A DNA stretch of 64,000 bases, from NCBI GenBank assembly GCA_965242865.1, contig CBDETK010000013.1, forward strand, positions 3,392,001 through 3,456,000, given 5' to 3'. Numbering within the stretch: the first letter of the stretch is position 1; every line of letters starts with the position of its first letter. This DNA is from Candidatus Latescibacterota bacterium. Its GTDB lineage: Bacteria > Latescibacterota > UBA2968 > UBA8231. The notes below the pieces were generated by a model. It was not told where the DNA came from and ran no database searches. It worked only from the letters and a program-made list of their open reading frames with translations. The position numbers and the translations under genes were made by a program. This document shows positions 58,350 through 64,000 of the stretch, one piece after another.

Positions 58350-59540
58350 TCAGAATTCGATGTAATACTTGACGGATGAGACTGGTTCACAGTTTATCCA
58401 ATTCACGTCTTCAATTTCTCTCTGTAGCCAACTCTCGATATTCCTCTTAATTTCATCAATATAGTCTTCATTGATCTCAAATAATGCAAACCGTCTGTTT
58501 AGTTTAGCAGCCGCTTCCCCTACTGTGCCAATGCCGGCAAAAGGATCGAGGATAACATCGTTCTTGAATGAATAGTATCGAATCACTTTCTCTGCAAGTT
58601 CTAGCGGGAATATCGCGGGATGCTTTTTACTATGAGCAGGATGTATTTTCCAGATATTCGTCACTTCATAGCCATCTTCAACTCGAGATTCGTCAACTAT
58701 GTTTTGATCCGGGTGTTTTCTGATATGCCAATCTATCAATTTATTCGTTTTTTTTCGATAGACTAAAACATATTCTGTTACAGGTACGGCCTTGTACTGT
58801 AACGGATTCCTATCAGCCGCAAACCTTCTGCCCCGCCCCGTTGCCCAACCAGCCCCTTCCGGTTTCACCCATATAATGTCATCAATAAACTCAAATCCTT
58901 CCTCAACAAAAATTCTGTGAAAATCAAAAGGGACGGCTATTCTTTTAGAAGACTCACTTCGGCTTGCACGACGAATCAACACTGGTGATATATTTATGAC
59001 AAAAAATCTACCTTCGCTTAAAACTCTATGGCACTGGTGTATTATTTTTTTCATCTTGAGCAAATATTCATCGTATTGAATATAATCAGAATACTCGGGC
59101 CGGGCGTTATAGTAGGGTGGAGAAGTAAAGACAAGATCTATAGATTCAGAAGGTGTCTGCAAAAGCAACTCCTCACTGTCTCCCCAACCAACCGTATTTC
59201 TCAATTTTGAAACTTTGGGTACTTCTGTTTTTTTTCGCTTCTTAGTTGTACCATTTGTACGGCCGAGCAACCTCGCCTCTAAAATATCCCTTTGCGTTGT
59301 CTTTTTTTCTTGTATCAAGCTCGTATAAGCATCAATCACAATTTCGCCTACCTTATAGCTATCTTTACCTTTCAGGGGCACTCGCCAGATATGATAGCGA
59401 TCATCTACTTCTGGAAGTCCAAACTGAATCGCATTGTCGAGATCAATATCTTTTAGATAATTCACAGAAACTCTCTTCGCGTCCTCGACATTTTTTACGC
59501 GATAATTTCGTCTATCATAGACTGTCGATTTCTGTAGCAT
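58350..59540 (-). CDS. Beta-class N4-cytosine DNA methyltransferase
   Basis: TSPPY (motif IV) before HPAIFP and DPFAGIGT (motif I); about 110-aa N-terminal extension. Confidence 0.92.
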   Translation of the reverse strand: MLQKSTVYDRRNYRVKNVEDAKRVSVNYLKDIDLDNAIQFGLPEVDDRYHIWRVPLKGKDSYKVGEIVIDAYTSLIQEKKTTQRDILEARLLGRTNGTTKKRKKTEVPKVSKLRNTVGWGDSEELLLQTPSESIDLVFTSPPYYNARPEYSDYIQYDEYLLKMKKIIHQCHRVLSEGRFFVINISPVLIRRASRSESSKRIAVPFDFHRIFVEEGFEFIDDIIWVKPEGAGWATGRGRRFAADRNPLQYKAVPVTEYVLVYRKKTNKLIDWHIRKHPDQNIVDESRVEDGYEVTNIWKIHPAHSKKHPAIFPLELAEKVIRYYSFKNDVILDPFAGIGTVGEAAAKLNRRFALFEINEDYIDEIKRNIESWLQREIEDVNWINCEPVSSVKYYIEF

Positions 59541-59623
59541 AATATCTCCAATAAATCTAGATGCTAACCCTGAATAGAGCCAATGGCGTGTTTTATTGGG
59601 GTAGCCAAGCTCGAATAATTAGG

Positions 59624-59651
59624 AATATACTCACAGAGAAATATAAGTCAA
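59624..59651 (-). promoter_or_regulatory. Candidate sigma70 promoter for the M-R-Abi genes
   Basis: TTGACT - 16 bp - TATATT on the minus strand. Confidence 0.45.
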
Positions 59652-59749
59652 TTTTGGGCCGACGAGATGGTGGTGCTGGGGTGCGCGAAGGGAGCGGCCT
59701 AGCAGGTGAAAGACGCGATTGCCCACTTCAAAGAGCAATACCGCGAGGT

Positions 59750-60505
59750 TCACTCCACGTCGAGGATGTAGCGCGCCAGCGGCGAGAGCCGCTCGGCGGT
59801 TGCCGGCCGCAAGTACGCACGCTGGTCAGTCTGCTGCGGATGCTCGCGGGCGATAAAGGCGCAGTGCAGGGTGCGGCGGGTCTTGGGGCTGAGGTTGCGA
59901 TACGAACTGTGCCAGAGGCTGCCATTGAACACGGCCACCGAGCCCGCGCGGCCCGTCAGATGCACTTGCTCTGGATGATCGGCTAGGGGATCGGCCACGT
60001 GGTCCACTACCCTGCCGGGTGTGAGGTGGCTGCCCGGAACGCAGCGGGTCGCGCCGTTGGCTCGGGCGAAATCGTCGAGCATCCACATGGAGTTGACCAC
60101 GTGATACGCGCCGGGCGCGTTGGGCTGCCCCCAATCCATGTGCAGGGACTGCAAGCCGCCGCCGATCCGTGGATCGTGCCCGTTGAGCGAGTGCAGCTTA
60201 AACGGCCGCTGCAGCACGTGGAAAACCGCCATCAGCAGGGTCGGTTGCAGGTACACCGCGTCGAAGACAGCCCCCTTGTTGACTAGATCGGCGAGGCGGC
60301 GCACCCCCGCCATTTGGGCGACCTCTATGCCGGCTTCGTCGCCTTCGCGGGCAAAGATCGCTTCAAAAGCGCGGCGCAACTCGGCCAGCCAGTCGGGCGC
60401 GATGACCTCTTCTAAGATGATGAAGCCGTGGGTGTCCAGCGCGCTGCATTGCGCGGGCGTTAGCGGCTGGGGGACGAAGCCCCGTTGCAATAATTCGCGG
60501 TCCAT
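59750..60505 (-). CDS. Phytanoyl-CoA dioxygenase (PhyH) family protein
   Basis: QSLHMD, NGATRCVPGSH, LWH, RR. Confidence 0.9.
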   Translation of the reverse strand: MDRELLQRGFVPQPLTPAQCSALDTHGFIILEEVIAPDWLAELRRAFEAIFAREGDEAGIEVAQMAGVRRLADLVNKGAVFDAVYLQPTLLMAVFHVLQRPFKLHSLNGHDPRIGGGLQSLHMDWGQPNAPGAYHVVNSMWMLDDFARANGATRCVPGSHLTPGRVVDHVADPLADHPEQVHLTGRAGSVAVFNGSLWHSSYRNLSPKTRRTLHCAFIAREHPQQTDQRAYLRPATAERLSPLARYILDVE

Positions 60506-60509
60506 TTGC

Positions 60510-61673
60510 TTAACTACCGGCTCGTCGTGTGAATTTGCACAGGGCGGTCACGCCGCGGCGGATGTGCTCTTCCGAGGCGGCGATGGAGACGCGCACGTGG
60601 TCGCGGCACATCTGGCCGAAGGTGCGGCCCGGCGCCACGGCCACGCGCTGCTCTTTGAGGAGCCGGACGGCAAATTCGCCGGAGTCCATGCCCGCCGCAG
60701 CAATGTCGATCATGAGGTAAATCGCGCCGCCTGGGGTATAGCGGTACAAGTCGTATTCTCTCAGGATATCGAGGGCCAAGTCGCGGCGGCGGCCATAGAT
60801 GCGGCGCATGTCGGCCACGGCGTCTTGCAGGCTGTCGAGCGCATCGGCGGCCGCGAGTTGGGAAAAGCCCGTGCCGCACGAGACAAAAGGCTCTTGCAGC
60901 TTGGCGGCCAGTTCAATGTACTCGGGGTGGGCGCGGGTGAAGCCCACTCGGTAGCCGGTCATGGCGTAGCTTTTGGACATGCCGGAGACGATGATGGCGC
61001 GTCCGTCGGCGTCGTTGAGCAGAGCGCTGTGATGCGGTTGATCAAAGACGATTTGGCCGTAGATCTCGTCGGACAGCACCCACAAGTCGCGGCGCTGGGC
61101 CCACTGCATAAGCTGGCGCATGAGCGTCGCGTCGTACACTTGGCCGGTCGGGTTGGAGGGCGTACAGAGCAAGAGGAGCTTGGTGCGCGGGCTGACGAGG
61201 CGGTCCATCTCGTTGAGGTCGGGCAGAAAGTGGTTTTCCGCTCGCAAATTGTAAAAGACCGGCTGGCCGTGAGCCATGGCGACGGCCATCTCGTAGTTGG
61301 GCCAGCCCGGGTCGGGCAACAGGACCTCGTCGCCCGGGTCGAGCAGAGCGAGAAAAGCGGTCGCCACGCTCATGACGGCCCCGGGGGTGACGAGGATGTT
61401 TTCGGCGGTGGTCGGTACGCCGGTGCTGCGCTCAAAGTAGCGAGCCGCGGCCGCGCGCAACGCATCGACGCCGGCATTGGGGACGTACTTGGTGTGGCCG
61501 GCGCGCACGTAGCGGCAGGTGGCTTCGACAATGGGCGCGGGCGTGGCAAAATCGGGTTGGCCTACTTCGAGGTGGATGACCTCGCCCGTTTTCTCGACCG
61601 CCCAAGCCAAGTCCATGATCTCGCGGATGCCCGAGCGAGGGAGCGACGCGGGGATGCGGGCGAAAGGCTTCAT
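60510..61673 (-). CDS. Class I/II PLP aminotransferase (aspartate aminotransferase-like)
   Basis: GQPDF, PSNPTG, SDEIY, SKSYAMTGYRVG. Confidence 0.93.
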   Translation of the reverse strand: MKPFARIPASLPRSGIREIMDLAWAVEKTGEVIHLEVGQPDFATPAPIVEATCRYVRAGHTKYVPNAGVDALRAAAARYFERSTGVPTTAENILVTPGAVMSVATAFLALLDPGDEVLLPDPGWPNYEMAVAMAHGQPVFYNLRAENHFLPDLNEMDRLVSPRTKLLLLCTPSNPTGQVYDATLMRQLMQWAQRRDLWVLSDEIYGQIVFDQPHHSALLNDADGRAIIVSGMSKSYAMTGYRVGFTRAHPEYIELAAKLQEPFVSCGTGFSQLAAADALDSLQDAVADMRRIYGRRRDLALDILREYDLYRYTPGGAIYLMIDIAAAGMDSGEFAVRLLKEQRVAVAPGRTFGQMCRDHVRVSIAASEEHIRRGVTALCKFTRRAGS

Positions 61674-62467
61674 CGGATGTGGATGCCCGGGCCGGTCGCG
61701 CCGATCATCTGCACGGTGTTGTAAATAGACGCGGGCGTTGAGGCGCCGGTGACGCCGGTGATGCCTTCGCTGCGCGCGACCTTGAGGTCAATGCCCGGGC
61801 CTTGGGCGTGGATTTCGACGATGGCTTCGCTCCATGCGGGGCTTACCAGCAACAGCGAGTGGGTGCGGTCGAAGCCAATGCCGGCGTACGCAATGGCGGC
61901 GTGGGTATTGACGTTGCGCGGGAAGAGCGGGCAAATGCCGCGCGTCGGGCCGTCGTAGAGGACGGTTTCCTCCTCGATGTCGTCGGGGCTGAGGCCAGTG
62001 GCCGCGCAATCGACGTTGTGCGGGGGCTTTTTCATCACCACATCGACCGACTCCCACACGTCGCGGTTTTCCAACAGCGCGTCCATGCCGACCACGCCGC
62101 CGTGCGGGACAAAGGCGCGGGTGCCGGCGCGGTGGGTCGTCTCTTCAAGGGTGGATTCGATGGCTGGGTCGGCCAGGGCGGTCACCGAAATGAACATGTA
62201 GTTGGTTTTTTCGAGGATGGTGCGTCCCCACCGGCGGGTGACCTCGGGGTGGGCCATCTCAACGACGAGGTCGGGCTGGCGCGCGGCAAAGTCGCCCAAA
62301 TCCGCTAGGCAGAGGTCGCCGGGGAGGTCTTGGACGGCCGCGGCTAGCTGATCGTGAACGAAGACGACTTCCATGCCGTTGTCTGGGTCGGCGTCTATCA
62401 TCGCGTGGACGGCTTGGCCGATCTGACCGTAGCCGATCAGGCCGATGCGAGTCGGGTTTTGGCGCAT
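61670..62467 (-). CDS. Aspartate dehydrogenase-like (DUF108) protein
   Basis: GYGQIG, GGVVGMD, KPP, FPRNVN; start ATG 62467. Confidence 0.8.
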   Translation of the reverse strand: MRQNPTRIGLIGYGQIGQAVHAMIDADPDNGMEVVFVHDQLAAAVQDLPGDLCLADLGDFAARQPDLVVEMAHPEVTRRWGRTILEKTNYMFISVTALADPAIESTLEETTHRAGTRAFVPHGGVVGMDALLENRDVWESVDVVMKKPPHNVDCAATGLSPDDIEEETVLYDGPTRGICPLFPRNVNTHAAIAYAGIGFDRTHSLLLVSPAWSEAIVEIHAQGPGIDLKVARSEGITGVTGASTPASIYNTVQMIGATGPGIHIR

Positions 62468-62516
62468 GGTTTGGCTCCTCAAAACGGGTGAATCGGGAGA
62501 AGCGAATATAGGCACT

Positions 62517-64000
62517 CTATTTGCGCTCGGCCATTTTGCAGACCCAGATGCTGATTTCGTACAGCAGGAGCAAGGGCAGGGCCATTAGGAGCTGGGAGAC
62601 CGGGTCCGGCGGCGTGAAGATCGCGCCGAGGACGAAGATGCCGATGACGGCATAGCGGCGGATACGGCGCATCCGCGCCGCGGTCAGCACCCCGACCTTG
62701 GCCAAAAAGAGCGCCAGCACCGGCATTTCAAAGACGATGCCAAAGCCCGCGATGAGCCGCAGCACAAAGCCGATGTACTCGTCGGCCGCCCATTGCGAGG
62801 TCATGTCGGGCGGCTCTAGGGCGAGGAAAAAGCGCAGCCCGAGCGGGAGGACGATGGAGTACGCGATCAGCGCGCCGACCGAGAAGCAGAGGACGCTCAG
62901 CGAGATAATGGGCACCATGAGCTGTTTCTCGCGCTGCAAAAGCCCCGGGGCCACAAACCGCCAGACTTGGTAAAAGACCACCGGCAGCGCGAGCAACAGC
63001 CCCCCGACAAAGGCGATTTGCAGGCTGATGAAAAAGTACGTCATGGGCCGGAGGGCTTGCAGGCGGCGCGCTGGGGGCAGATCAGCCGGGCGCGCGTCCG
63101 GGGTGGGCGCAGCGTCGGGCAGGCCCAACCACTGGCGCACCAGTTTTTCAACGGCCCGCACCGCGCCCGAGGATTGCTGGCTCTCCAAGCTGAAGACGGC
63201 TTCTTCGTAAGGCCGGGTCAAGATCTGCATGATCGAGTCCGAGAAGGCAAAGCAGAGTACCGCGCCCACAGTGAGTGCGCCGAGGGCCTTGAGAATGCGC
63301 CAGCGGAGTTCTTCGAGGTGGTCGAGAAAGGGCATGTTGGCTTCCCGGGGCGGTTCTGGGTCGGGGAGGGGTTCGGGTTCTGCTGCTGGTTCGGGTTCGG
63401 GTCGCGGCTTGCGGAAGCGGGCGACGAACGCGCCGAGGGCGACGAGCAGGCAGCCGTAAGCGAATAGGTCGCCGTGCCGCGTGTAAAAGGTCGCCGGCTG
63501 GCCGACCGGCACTGTGGCGACCGCGACGGCTGGCGTGAAGAGGTCCGTTGCCTCGTAGGTGCGGCCAAACGGGTCGATGAACAGGGAAATGCCGGTGGTG
63601 GCTGCGCGGGCGATGGCCGTGCGGTTTTCAATGGCGCGCATGGCGTTGATGAGCGCGTGTTGGTAAGGCCCGGCGCTGCGGCCAAACCACGAGTCATTGG
63701 TGATGTTGACCAACACGCGCGCCCCGGCCGCCACGTGCTGGCGCACGAGCGCGGGAAAGATGGACTCAAAGCATATTAGCACGGCAAAGGGATGCCGGGG
63801 ATGGGCAAAAACCGCGCGTTCTGTGCCGCGAGCGAATTCGGCCGGGCCGAGGTCGCCGGTCAGGCGGGTCCAGTCGATGGCGCGCAGCAGGGGGATGGCG
63901 TCGCGGTAGGGCGTCCGCTCGCCAAAGGGCACTAAGTGCATCTTGGCGTACCAAGGCAGGGCGGTGGCCCCGGGCTGGACGAAGAAGGCCGCGTTGTAGT
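62517..64000 (-). CDS. lnt-tatC: Apolipoprotein N-acyltransferase (Lnt) fused in frame to twin-arginine translocase TatC; 5'-partial
   Basis: YNAA, YAKMHLVPFGE, ICFES, ITNDSWF, RAIENR, Pro/Glu linker, then MPFLDHLEELRWRI, FVAPGL..E, FEMP, TPPD in one ORF. Confidence 0.88.
   Translation of the reverse strand, partial: YNAAFFVQPGATALPWYAKMHLVPFGERTPYRDAIPLLRAIDWTRLTGDLGPAEFARGTERAVFAHPRHPFAVLICFESIFPALVRQHVAAGARVLVNITNDSWFGRSAGPYQHALINAMRAIENRTAIARAATTGISLFIDPFGRTYEATDLFTPAVAVATVPVGQPATFYTRHGDLFAYGCLLVALGAFVARFRKPRPEPEPAAEPEPLPDPEPPREANMPFLDHLEELRWRILKALGALTVGAVLCFAFSDSIMQILTRPYEEAVFSLESQQSSGAVRAVEKLVRQWLGLPDAAPTPDARPADLPPARRLQALRPMTYFFISLQIAFVGGLLLALPVVFYQVWRFVAPGLLQREKQLMVPIISLSVLCFSVGALIAYSIVLPLGLRFFLALEPPDMTSQWAADEYIGFVLRLIAGFGIVFEMPVLALFLAKVGVLTAARMRRIRRYAVIGIFVLGAIFTPPDPVSQLLMALPLLLLYEISIWVCKMAERK

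Noticed and set aside
60120-61724. 534-aa plus-strand ORF
   Set aside because: Antisense shadow of the aminotransferase and phyH genes, typical of high-GC DNA
1-64000. tRNA, rRNA, riboswitch, integrase or prophage genes
   Set aside because: None recognised by eye; a covariance-model search (tRNAscan-SE, Rfam) would be needed to exclude small RNAs

Overview
A mostly high-GC bacterial chromosome segment. The PorV-like gene, many enolase-superfamily/IlvD sugar-acid enzymes and Rpn/type IIG genes suggest an FCB-group organism such as Latescibacterota; this taxonomy is inference. The backbone is housekeeping and catabolic (pgi, gnd, ribB-like, dsbD, rarA, coaX, S41 protease, trxB, MrfA/MrfB-like helicase-exonuclease fusion, aminotransferases). 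It is interrupted by a lower-GC radical-SAM insert (~1.7-4.9 kb), an Rpn gene, IS982 and IS5 relics, and two defence islands. Island 1 (~40.4-47.7 kb) holds a type IIG R-M enzyme and an intact ubiquitin-like operon (Ubl ending in Ser, a DUF6791-ThiF E2/E1-like fusion with no Cys in its E1 part, and DUF6527), facing a divergent HTH + ImmA/IrrE protease pair. Island 2 (~54.5-59.65 kb) holds a CfrBI-like type II R-M pair, an AbiJ/Abi_C gene and a deletion-damaged MotAB/ZorAB-like membrane operon ending in a 59-aa membrane ORF. The strongest candidates for new biology are the non-Gly ubiquitin-like operon and an in-frame Lnt-TatC fusion at the right edge. All family calls come from motif recognition; no searches were run.
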